Positions 45,101 to 57,100 of a stretch of 64,000 bases of DNA are shown piece after piece. Positions within the stretch are counted from its first letter, which is position 1; every line of letters starts with the position of its first letter. The notes under the pieces were generated by a model. That model was not told the DNA's origin. It ran no database searches and was given only the letters and a program-made list of their open reading frames with translations. Location of the stretch: the NCBI GenBank assembly GCA_965202585.1, contig OZ241831.1, positions 14,880,001 through 14,944,000 of the forward strand. Direction: 5' to 3'. Both the position numbers and the translations under genes were made by a program. The DNA is from Thalia democratica (lineage: Eukaryota).

Positions 45101-48100
45101 GTTCATAGCTTGGGGTATCATTATTGGTGGTTTAACAAACAAATATGTTTGTCCTTTAAAAATATCGAATATTTTAAGATTTCGAAATTAAAAAAAAGAG
45201 GAAAGCCTTAAAATTATACAAGTACCTTTAATACGCTTTGCAAAAAGTTTGTTTTAAATAACTTATGTGTTTACTCTTATTTCTTTTGGCAACGAATACT
45301 TAAACAACTTTTATCTCTTTGAAAAATTTAATTTCAGAAGCTTTAAAATTTAGGATTTTTGCATTAAAAACACATTTAAAAATCAAAATGTATAAAACTT
45401 TTATATTGTAAATTAATTTTCACCTTTTCAATTTTTTCGTAAGCTTCTGCAAGTAACAGTTCTCTATTATGTATTGCATTGCTTGCCGGTTGGTAATAAC
45501 CTTGATTCCATTTCTGTGTTTTAATTATAATTAAAATAAATAATTACAATATTCTAACTATTATTGTTTAACTTAAACATCTATTTAATTGCATTAAATA
45601 CAAATACTCGTTTTTGAAAAGAATTTTTAAACGAGTATTTGTATTCTATATTTCTGTTTATAACAGCTTATATAAGTGTTCTAAAAGCAGTCGGTATAAA
45701 TTATTTTTTCATATTTAACTTCATCTTTATACAGTTATGAAACATTTTTGAAATCAAACAACTGTTTTATAAAATCAGTAACCTTTAATAGGAAATTCTT
45801 AAGTATTCTATTAAAAATAATGTAAAATAAATCGTCACTTAAGTTTTTTATAGTTTTAAATTTTAAACTGCTATAAAAACACTTATCTTTCAAACAGTGT
45901 AAAAACTAACTTCAAATTCGTAATCGGTTAGTTTTCTTTGTGCAAAACATAAAGTTCTGAGCCCTTCTACGGCATACTCTTTTAATTGGACGATTGTTGT
46001 TTCTATTTGAATAAAAAAGTAAGCGTTTACAATAAATAAACTACCAAAGTATTATTTTTCAACTAATAAAAAGCTAATAAAGCGAATGTCGCGGATTCGA
46101 TCCCCGTACTGGCCACATATCTTCCCCGTTAATATGGTGCTGAGTATTCTCGGGCGACCGAGGTTCGATTTCCCGACAGGGGTATCAACTTAATTATTTG
46201 TAGAATATATAGATATAAAAATATTTAATGTTTATCCGTTACAGTTTGAAAAATGATAAATAAAATAATATTAGACGTTATGATTATTTTCCTACAAATT
46301 ATAAAATTACTATTGTTAATCTGTAAAAAAAAATTAAAGCTGTCATATAACCCTGGTTTAATCGAATGAGTTTTAAATTTAAAGTAAACTTTAGAAAATA
46401 ATAGCTTAAGTATTTGTTAAAGACAACTGTTAAAATATAGTTCCACTGCACAAAAATTTTATTAAATCTTCACACTTAATTTTTTTTAATTTACTCATTT
46501 GTTAAGTACAAACAAACTTATTCGCATTTAAAAATATGTAACTTACTATTTTTCTACGTCAAAAAGTTATAAAAATCTAGAGAGTATCATAATTTAAACT
46601 TGAGTTTATTAATTCATTTCAATCATTCAAAAATATTTTTGGTACTATGGAATTTGATAAAATATTTATTATGCCAATAAACATTAGTTCATCAGTTTTA
46701 GGCGTTAACTTATTTGAAACCTTAACTAATATATATATATATACTTTTAAACATAAAAAAACACTTCTTTTTGATAACTTTATTTATTTGTTTTTGTTTC
46801 TATGCACGAATAAGTTTTAATTATTTTATTAATATTTGACAAGATCAGAATTTTTTCCCACTGAAACCTGGTAATAAATAGAATAACTAATTCGCACTAA
46901 TACTACTATTATTTAAATAAAATATACACATAAACTTCGACTTCAAATAATGATGCTTCTTTTATCATCATTTAGTTTTGAGCATCAAAGATGTTTGTGT
47001 TTAACTTGATTAACTTATACACATAAATAATACAAAATAATTGAACACAATTAAATGTTTTTAGTTTATTCAATTTAATACGTTTACATTTTATTACTGT
47101 CATATAACATTCAAGCAGTATGTTTAGAGCTCATCCTACAGCATTATTACGTCATATTACGCTAATGTTTTTATATAAGCAAAATAAATGTAATCTAGAC
47201 GTGTGGCCGGTTAGCTCAGTCGGTTAGAGCGTCGTGCTAATAATTTGAATGTCGCGGACTCGATCTTCGTACTGTCCACATAGCTTAGAAGTGAGTATTC
47301 CCGCCTGTTACGCGGAAACCGGAGTTCGATTCCCCGACGGGGGTATTTTCAATTTAATTATTTGTAAAATATTAAGAAATAAAAATATTTGGTGGTTATT
47401 CTTTACAATTTAAAATATGATAAATGAAATAATATTAGACTTTATGTATAAATTCGAAGTCTTTCTACAAATTACTATTGTTAATCTTTAAAAAAATTAA
47501 AACTGTCATATCTGCAATCTTTTAAATTGTGCATCGTATATATTGAACTTTTTTATACTCTAACTACTATTTTTAAATTTAGTTTTTATTATAATTATTT
47601 GATGTATTTAGGGCACGGGATGTAAATCACGTTCTTCAAAGTTACTCTTATTTTTTACATAAATAACCAGGCTATCAGTAGGTTTTACCATTAAAAAAAA
47701 GTTACTTTTGAGATACAAGCTATGAATTTTTTGTAGATTTTTATGAATTGTTTCATAAGATATTGCAAGAACTAAATATCATCACAAAACACAGTCCAGA
47801 TTTCAATATAAAATTAGTTCTTAAAGCTTTTTTTAAAAACTTCAAACAACCTTTATAATTTGAATCGGGCGCCAGTCTCGGCATTATGACATCGTCTGCC
47901 CCTTTCGTCATCAGGTAGATCTGGTTTTCAGGACTCCTGACAATCACCGACATTCTCTTCCTGTTCGAGTTGAACTCGAGAACTGCCAGTATCTTGTACT
48001 GACGGTCCTGGCCTAGCTGTTGGATACAAAATTGTGTTTTTTACAAGTATATTAAAGTTTAAATAACTTTTAGTTGTTGAGACATGTCTAAACAGTTTAA

Positions 48101-51100
48101 AAAAAAACTATGAACTTCTTGTCTAACTAACAAAAAACACAAAAACAACATAAATATTAATTATTAATAACTTTTACAGTCGGTCTTTCTTTACTTGTTG
48201 TAAATAAATATCACTTTTTACGGAAAACATTTTACTTTTAGAGCAATAAGATTGTTTTAAAATTTAGTTTTGTTAAAATATATGTAAAATATTTTTTATA
48301 CTTTTCTAAGCAAAAGTATATTGGTCATAGCTAATTATATTTATTAACTTAAAAAAGATTTTGTTTATCTTCAAAACTTGTAACCACAAAGACATTTAAT
48401 CAAAACTGTAAAAAGAATAAACCACAACAGTAATTTTTTGAAACAAAATACATTTGTACTAAGGGGAATATATGACTTTAAAAAGATCAAATTACTAAAA
48501 TTTAGAATTCTTTTAATTAAAGAAAGTAATATATCTTTAAAAAAGTAAAAAAAAACTTTAATAATACATAAAAACAACTGTTGACTGACAAGTCTTCTTT
48601 ATATTAATATATATATATATATATCAGCATTAAAATTTATTTAATTATGTGTTAGATATATTCACTTAAAACACACGCTTGTAAGTATACAACAATAAAA
48701 AACTAGATTTAAACGTAAAAATTTAGGTTTATTTAAGAACAACATAGCAATTTTATGATAAAAACTTGTCAAAATTGTTATCAATGTAAATGCTGAAACT
48801 AAGATATTATACTACAAATATAAATATGTTTTGTTTGAAAAAACTTAAAAAAACATATCAGCAACAAAAAACTAAAATTTCTAAGTGTGCACGACTTTTA
48901 AGTAGAAATTTTACTATATACTAAAAATAAACTTGATGGTCTATAGGAATAATTAATTCTTAGACATATATAAGCACAAATATTATGAAAACATTTAAAA
49001 AATAAGCTACACAAAACTTATAATACTTTAAACATTTCTATTAATAATAAACTCATGTAGACTGTTACAAACTTTCAATGTCATTAACTAATTAAACAAG
49101 AAAAAATAAACTATTAAATTTTGTAGATATTAATTAAACTATTGTTAGAAATGACAACTACCTCATAAATTAGATCAAGTATAAATAAATATATTTTAAT
49201 TGTACAAAAAAAAACTTATTAAAATGATTTCAGAAAAATAACTCGACCTACTTATTAAAGAAATAAAACAAATTGTTTATTTTAGACAAAAAACTAACTA
49301 AACTAGTGTTAGAAATAAAAGTTACCTATTCTATTAATTAAATTAAATAACAAAAATATGTATTTCTATAAAAAAAACTAATAGAAACAAAAGTAACCTA
49401 ACTAACTAAAGAAAAAAAAATATTTCTAACAAAATATCTAGTTGAAATACTTTTAGAGACAAAAATTACCTCATCAACTAATATAGTATCCGGAGTTCTC
49501 ACGCAAAAGACAAAGCCGAGATTTTTAGCTGATTTTATCAGAGCGTTTTCGTCAGGACTGGCTGCTTGGTATCTGAATGTTAATAATAAGCTATCAAACA
49601 ACTCAAATAAATATTATTTTATACTTTGCTATTTTATTATGATAGTTAAAACTGTTGCTTTAACGAAGTTTCTCAATATAAACTGAAAAAAAAAATTAGA
49701 AAAAGATGTATAACAAAACATATGCTTAATTCAATTTTAATAACAAAGTTTACAGATTTTAAAAGCCGCAGAGATCACGGTTTTAGATTTAGAAAGTTTA
49801 ATAATTTCGTAGAAATAAAGCAAATTTTGTTATAACGTTTGATAACTTTTTGTTAATAAATTATTCATAACTTAAAAATAAACTCCAACAAATATTCTTA
49901 TTCTTCTATACGAATATTTTAAACAAAAAATGCTCCCCGTCGGGGAATCGAACCCCGGTCGCCCGCGTGACAGGCGGGAATACTCACCACTATACTAACG
50001 AGGAAGATATGTGGCCAGTACGGGGATCGAACCCGCGACATTCGCGTTATTAGCACGACGCTCTAACCAACTGAGCTAACCGGCCACACGCCTAGATTGC
50101 ATTTGTTCTGGTTATATAAACATAATAGCGAATTATGACGTAATAAAGCTGTAGGATTAACTTTGTGCAAGCTGTTTGACTGGATTAAACTACAACTTGT
50201 TCACGTTTTCATCTGTAGTTATTGATGTAATTTATAATTATCCTCTAATACTTTACTGATTTTTTATTTTATCGAAATACATCAAATGTTTTACTTCTTT
50301 TTTATTATAAATACTTTCTTGTATACTTTCAACAAGTTTTAATCATTTTATACCAGCATTAACCCATCTCGTAAGAAAACAAAACTGAAATTTTGAACAA
50401 ATGTAAAAGTAAAATGCGTTTAATTTAAAAAAAAATTATAGAATGATGTTTTTTACTAATATAAGTGTAATCTATAATACGATGTTCAATTAAACTAATT
50501 AAATACAGACTAAATAGTTAACATAATTTGTTTCATTTTAAATATTTTACTAAAGAGTTATAAATTTAAAGAAAACAGTTAGTATTATAACCATAAATAT
50601 ATGTATAAAACCGTTTATTATACTAAATAAAACTTAATTTTTTATAACAACACCATATTTTGCATTAGCTGAATATACAGAACAGTAGTCTTCAATTTTT
50701 TTTTAGTTTATGCATAGCAAATAGAAATTAACTATGTGAACACAAGATAGTTAAGTAAACACTTTTTTCTTGAAGTAATACTACTGTTATATTGCTGTAT
50801 GTTTTTTACTACAATTATATTACAAGTGTTTCTAAGTTTTAAAAACAACAACTTATAAGTACAAAACAAAAAATTTAATATTTTTAAAATAGTTTTACAA
50901 CTAATCAAAATTTATGTGCACAGTATTTTCATTTATGTACACATTTTGAGATACACTGAGAGAAAACAACATAAACATATCAATAACTTTATTTCAGGGA
51001 AATATCTGTGTTTACATACAATCTGAAATTTCTAAAATACTAGTACAAAAATACTGAATATTTCTTAAATAATAAAGCTAAAGAATTAAACAAATTAGCA

Positions 51101-54100
51101 TAAGTCTATACAGCAATGCTTGAATACTAAAATATAGAACAAATTTTTAGGTAATGATTTTAACAAACTAAAGCTATAAGCTACCAACTTTATCCACAAT
51201 GCAACCAACTTTTTTTGAACTAACATTTTTTAACAAAATATATACTAAATGAAGGTAGAATAAACAAATGCTTTATGTATATCTAAAAACTGTTGAAATT
51301 AGAATATATTAGTAAAGTTCCAAACGCTTTAATTTTTGGTTGTCTATAAAAATAAACCTATACAGCACTGTTTTTTTATAAGTAAAATATTGCAGTTTTT
51401 TAAACCCTGGAAAAATAAGTTCATCAATTGTACGAAAAAACAAAAATTTAATTTAATTTCTCAATTTAAAAAAAAAAACTTATGTAAAAGTATTATTATT
51501 TATAACTCAAAAATAGTAGTATATCAAAATAGTCTCAATAAAGTGATTGAGAAACCAACTCTAGGTTCTTGTAGCCGTGGTTGTCTTGCCTCAAATTGAT
51601 CAGGCCGGCAGGAGTGACCAGGTCGCGGGTGGAGCTTTCCTCAGAAATCAGTTCGGGTACGACCGTGTGGCAGACGGACATCAACCTGAGAAAGTCAACG
51701 ACCGAGTCGTCGCCGCTTTTCTGTGCAAAATATTTTGAAAGCTTATCTACTGTTTTTATATTCACCAAGAAACTACTTTTCAGAATTAAAAAAAAAAGTT
51801 TTGAATAAGTCAATTTATGAGAGGAAGGTTTGAAATATTCTGTTTATTGTAGGTCTAAAAATTTTATTTATAAATAATTAGCAATAGTTTAAGATGTTAA
51901 AGAATACATAATGCACTTAGTAGTAATAATAAAATACTTTACTGATAAATACTAAATAGTCTGATATATTTATAATTCAGCTAAAATCAATATTAAAAAA
52001 AAAACTCTAAACTGAAGCGTAGTTGACATAAATTTTTAAAACTGTATTTACCAGTGTTAGAATACTCGAGATAAATGAAAAATATATAAATGTCCAAGTT
52101 AACATGTTTATTGTAAAATCCTAACGCAAAACAGACATATAAAAAAGTTATGTTAATATACAATCGAAAGCTAATCTAATCTACATTCAAAGCTAAACTA
52201 TTTTTAAACACTAGTTACTTTACTTAATTTATAATCTGATATATAAAAAAAAGTTTATTTTATTTAATATACCTATTATTTATTTTTACAGTTTATTATT
52301 AACAAAACAATGTTTCACTCCTATATTGGCATATAGGAGATCATCAGTTGTTATAAACAAATCTGAAAAACTTTATTGAACAAAATAAATGGAAGTTATG
52401 TGAAAATATTAAGTAAAACAAAATGAAAAACAAAGTATTGAACTTATGGTTTAAAAACTTGTGGTTTAACAAAAAATACCAGCATTTTTAAGCATATTTG
52501 TTGAAAGAGCAGGTAAAGTTTTTAAATGTTTTGTTAAAGAAGTATGACTAGTTATAAAAAAAGAGGAAAAGTAATAATATGTGATATTCAAAAAAGTCAA
52601 CTTTAATAATTAGTAAGTTAATTGAACACCATAAAGAAGTCGACGCTCAAAAGTACGGTCAAATAATATGTTAGAAAAAGTTAAAAACAGTTAGTTAAAA
52701 AATTATTAAATCACTAATAATGGATAAAAACCTAAAGATGAATAATATTATTTCCATTTATAAAACAGCTTGAAAAAAAGTACTTTTAAGTGCTTACTTT
52801 CTTTATTAAAATAGTTATTCAATAAATATGATAACCAAAGTATTAAACTTGTGGTTTAAACAAACTTTCATTTCAAACATAAGTTTAATACTTTGGTTTT
52901 CATTTTGTTTTACTTAATATTTTCACATAACTTCCATTTATTTTGTTCAAAAACTTTTTTCAGATTTGTTTATAACAACTGATGATCTCCTATATCCCAA
53001 TATAAAAGTGAAACATTGTTTTGTTTATAATAAACCGTAAAAATAAATAATAAATAAAAATCTCCTTAAAGCTATTTAAGTCGAGAACTTTGATTTATTT
53101 GATTTAAAACAAATTACAATATTATTTAATATACCAACAGTTTCTCGTACACCTACAAAAATGAGTACATTTATTCAAGTATAACTAGAAAAAGTAAATG
53201 CTACAACTGTCAAAATCGTAAACGAGAACTAAACAAAAACTAACTAGTTTCTGAAGAAATGTAACGTCACTGAAAGAGGGCAATTCATTTTTTTCCCTGA
53301 AACAATACTTTACTGTCAACTTAAAAACAAATTTTATTGCTAAATACTCACTTGGTGTACGCCAACGCTTCTTAAACCGTGCGTGTTTTAAAATTTTTGT
53401 TTAAACCAAAATACACCCGTTGACAGTTGAAACTATTGCTTACAAACTGAACTCACCCGTACTTGACGCTGGCGACCGTCACTTTTTTGAGCACCATGAT
53501 GTTTTGGGTGAGCGTGCCCGTTTTGTCGCTGAAAATGTACTCGATCTGCCCCAGCTCCTCGTTCAAGTTTGACGTTTTGGCCCTGGCCGGCGTATCGTTC
53601 TCTTCGTAGTACATTTCCAAGTCCTTTGAAAAGATAAAATAAAAAATACAAAAAATCAATGATGTTCGTAATTACTTGTTTAGATTTTGAAATCTGTGAA
53701 AACTATAACAAGTTCTTGAATGGCAGAAAGTTTCACGGTTGTTAGATTTTTAGTAAGCTTTTAACTTGTTGAAAAACACAGAATACCTATTTTTATAAAT
53801 CGAAAGTCTGGTTAAAAAATTTATAACAACAACAATTTAAAGAGTTCTTAATTTATTAAAGTAACAAGGTTTCTATTTAGTTCCAAAATTTTAAAAGTTT
53901 TTATATTTCAAAGAAATTGTTTTATTTAGATATTTTTTAGCAAACATTATCGACAGCTATATTTTTAAAGACTAAAATATATCCACCAAGTTTGTTATGA
54001 AAAATGTGATAAATGTTTTGTATTCTTTTGTAGTACATTTCTAGGTTCTTGTTAATAAAAATTGTACCGCGTGAGCGGTAATTGTCTCTTTTTTACTTTC

Positions 54101-57100
54101 TTCTTTTTTCTCTAGCGATATAAAGTCAATAGTCTCGATTAATTTACGGTTCAGTTTTTTTAGTTTCTACTGCATTAGAGCGGTCTGAACTCAGTGCAGC
54201 TTTTTGCTGCACTTAATTTTTAATGGTTTCAATCTTGTTGAAGTGATTTCGATTTTAGAATGTTTTTTGAGTTTGGTTTAAACATTTAGTGTTTAGTTTC
54301 TGTTATTCGAGTATTGTCGTCTTTTAAAAGAATTGATAATTTGATTTATTAGTGTAATGTTGTGCAGTATTTTATCATCTTTTCATTTCGCAGCTTCATT
54401 GTAAATAAAATCATTATCACAAATTCGAACTCAGTTTAAATTAGTATAAGTAACTGATTGATTAAACCTTTAGTAAATAGTAAGTAATTCATATTAGTTT
54501 AGTTAAAACAACTATAGTTTAAGCGTTATCTTGGGGGGCATCTACTATACAAGTTAGAGCGCACGTTGCGTTATAAATCAGGCCAATAATAGTTGTATAA
54601 GTAGAACCTCTAGGGATGGCGACATGATGACCCGGACGTCCAGTTATTTATAGCTGGAATTGAACACAGATACCTTCATTAAATTTTCTACGTTTTTTAG
54701 ATGGTGACATGGGGACAGAGTGGAATAAACCTAATTTAATAATAGTATAAATTCGATAAACTTTATGGCATTTATTTAACCTAGTCATCAGGTCTGTAAA
54801 ATTTATAAAAATGAGTTTAAAATTTCTAGTTGGAAAAACAACTAAGTAGTTCGAGTTTGTGATAGATTTGAGTTGTTTTTTTCTAATGGTAATTAGTTTT
54901 ATTGTGTTTAATTTTATGTTAAAGTGGTTTGGGGAAAGGCTAATCGACATGTGTTAGAACTAAAATGTATTTGTTGTGTAGATATTATTGCAATTCATTG
55001 TTGAAGCGTTTTTCAAAATGAGTTTTAAACTTGTACGAGCAAGTTTAACAAAAGTTAGTCTTGTTTTCAAGTTGTTCCGCGTTTTGTCAAATTAATTAAA
55101 TATCGTTCAATCGTTTTAAACATTTTATTAAAAATTAAAATGAAATAAAAGGCTTCTAATAATAAAACTTTCTTATAACAAAAAGAGTTTTAAACGTCTA
55201 TAAAAGTTAGCAACTGTAAAGTTTAATTGTTTTGTTTTCAAACAATCGGTTTAATTTGAACTATAACGGGTAATAAACTTTTTAAACTGCATGTAAAAAA
55301 CATTGTTGTTTTTTCGTTCGTCCTTGTAAAAATATTTGTATGAGGTTATTAAAACTTGTTTTCGAGTGCATAATCGGTTATTAAAGTGAAATTTCTTAAA
55401 TTTATGAAGCTTAATTGAGTTTTATATTTAGCAACAATGTTATGTTCAAACTTTAAACTATAATATTTAAAGTTTTTTTTTTACAATGACCTTGTTAATT
55501 GCTTTTAACAAACTTTATTGGCATGTTTTTTGTTGTTTTAAAGCTAGCCGTACTTACAAAAAATAATTTTTAACAAGGTCATTCGAGCTATTTAATGTCT
55601 TACCCGGTATTTAAAATCTGAAAATAAAAAACAATTTTGTTTAAAATTTTTAGAATATTAAAATTTTCAAAATCAGTACAAGTTCACTGGCTATATTTTT
55701 ACGAAAATAAGTTTAAACTTTTGAGACGCATGTGAATGCTTGTTTTGTCAACTAATTCGTGTAAAATGTGAAATGTTTTTTATTTTAAAGCTTGTAGAGA
55801 ATTACTGTATATTGATTGGAGCCAAAAATGTTTCTCATTTACTTTGAAACTTAACAAACTTTAAAGTTAAAATAAAAATAGACTAATGGATTAATGCAAT
55901 GTTGTTGCTAACTAGTAGCATATAAGTTTGTAAATTGAATTTTTTTATCTTTTAATGTTTTAACTTGTTTTTAAAATTGATATCAAGTAGTGACGTACAT
56001 TCTAATTGCACTTTCGCACGAACGGCTCGAGAAACGAATCGGCGAGGAGCGGTAGAGGGGACTTATGTACGAGGTGAGGAACGAGGAGCTGAAAGAGGAG
56101 ATGTATGGAGAGACGGATCAGAGGATTCCGTAGCACCAAGAGACCGCTGGGTGAGGCAAGGAGACGGATTCCGTGGCGCCAAGAGACCGCTGGTTGAGGC
56201 AAGGAGACGGATTCCGTGGCGCCAAGAGACCGCTGGGTGAGGCAAGGAGACGGTTCCGTAGCGCCAAGAGACCGCTGGTTGAGGCAAGGAGACGGATTCC
56301 GTGGCGCCAAGAGACCGCTGGTTGAGGCAAGGAGACGGTTTCGTAGCGCCAAGAGACCGCGGGGTGAGGCAAGGAGACGGATTACGTGGCGCCAAGAGAC
56401 CGTTGGGTGAGGCGAGGAGACGGATCGGCGTGGACCGGTCAGACGACGTGGAGATGTGCAGGGGCGGAGCGAGTTCCGGCGGCGAGGAGATTTTTTGAAC
56501 TTTCTACATTTTTCTGTTATTTTGAAAAACTGTACCATACTTTTATCATTTTTGTGTATTTTAAACCGGTTTATAGAATTTATAGAATTAAGTAAAGTAA
56601 TACTTTTTAAACTAAAGAGGTAAAAGTCGGCGGTCGTTTTTTCGTTCATTTTTCTATATAGGGAGTTTTAAGCATTCTTACAAGTGTTAGAGAATAAAAA
56701 TTAATGTATTTTTTCGGAAAACCAAGAATAAATTTTTAAAGTACGAAGGTAAGAGGAGAAAATGTACCGCGTGAGCGGTAATTGTCTCTTTTTTACTTTC
56801 TTCTTTTTTCTCTAGCGATATAAAGTCAATAGTCTCGATTAATTTACGGTTCAGTTTTTTTAGTTTCTACTGCATTAGAGTGGTCTGAACTCAGTGCAGC
56901 TTTTTGCTGCACTTAAGTTTTAATGGTTTCAATCTTGTTGAAGTGATTTCGATTTTAGAATGTTTTTTGAGTTTGGTTTAAACATTTAGTGTTTAGTTTC
57001 TGTTATTCGAGTATTGTCGTCTTTTAAAAGAATTGATAATTTGATTTATTAGTGTAATGTTGTGCAGTATTTTATCATCTTTTCGTTTCGCAGCTTCATT

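Noticed and set aside
53352-53370. 19-nt micro-exon candidate (ttaag|AAGCGTTGGCGTACACCAA|gtgagt)
   Set aside because: Inclusion shifts the frame and gives a stop in exon h. It works only if the A7 run at 53288-53294 is miscalled; needs RNA-seq.
56118-56425. CRISPR-like array
   Set aside because: Contiguous tandem units without unique spacers, no cas genes, eukaryotic context.
56002-56649. ORFs of 64-215 aa across the minisatellite
   Set aside because: By-products of a GC-rich repeat; 43-bp units break frame; no gag/pol motifs.
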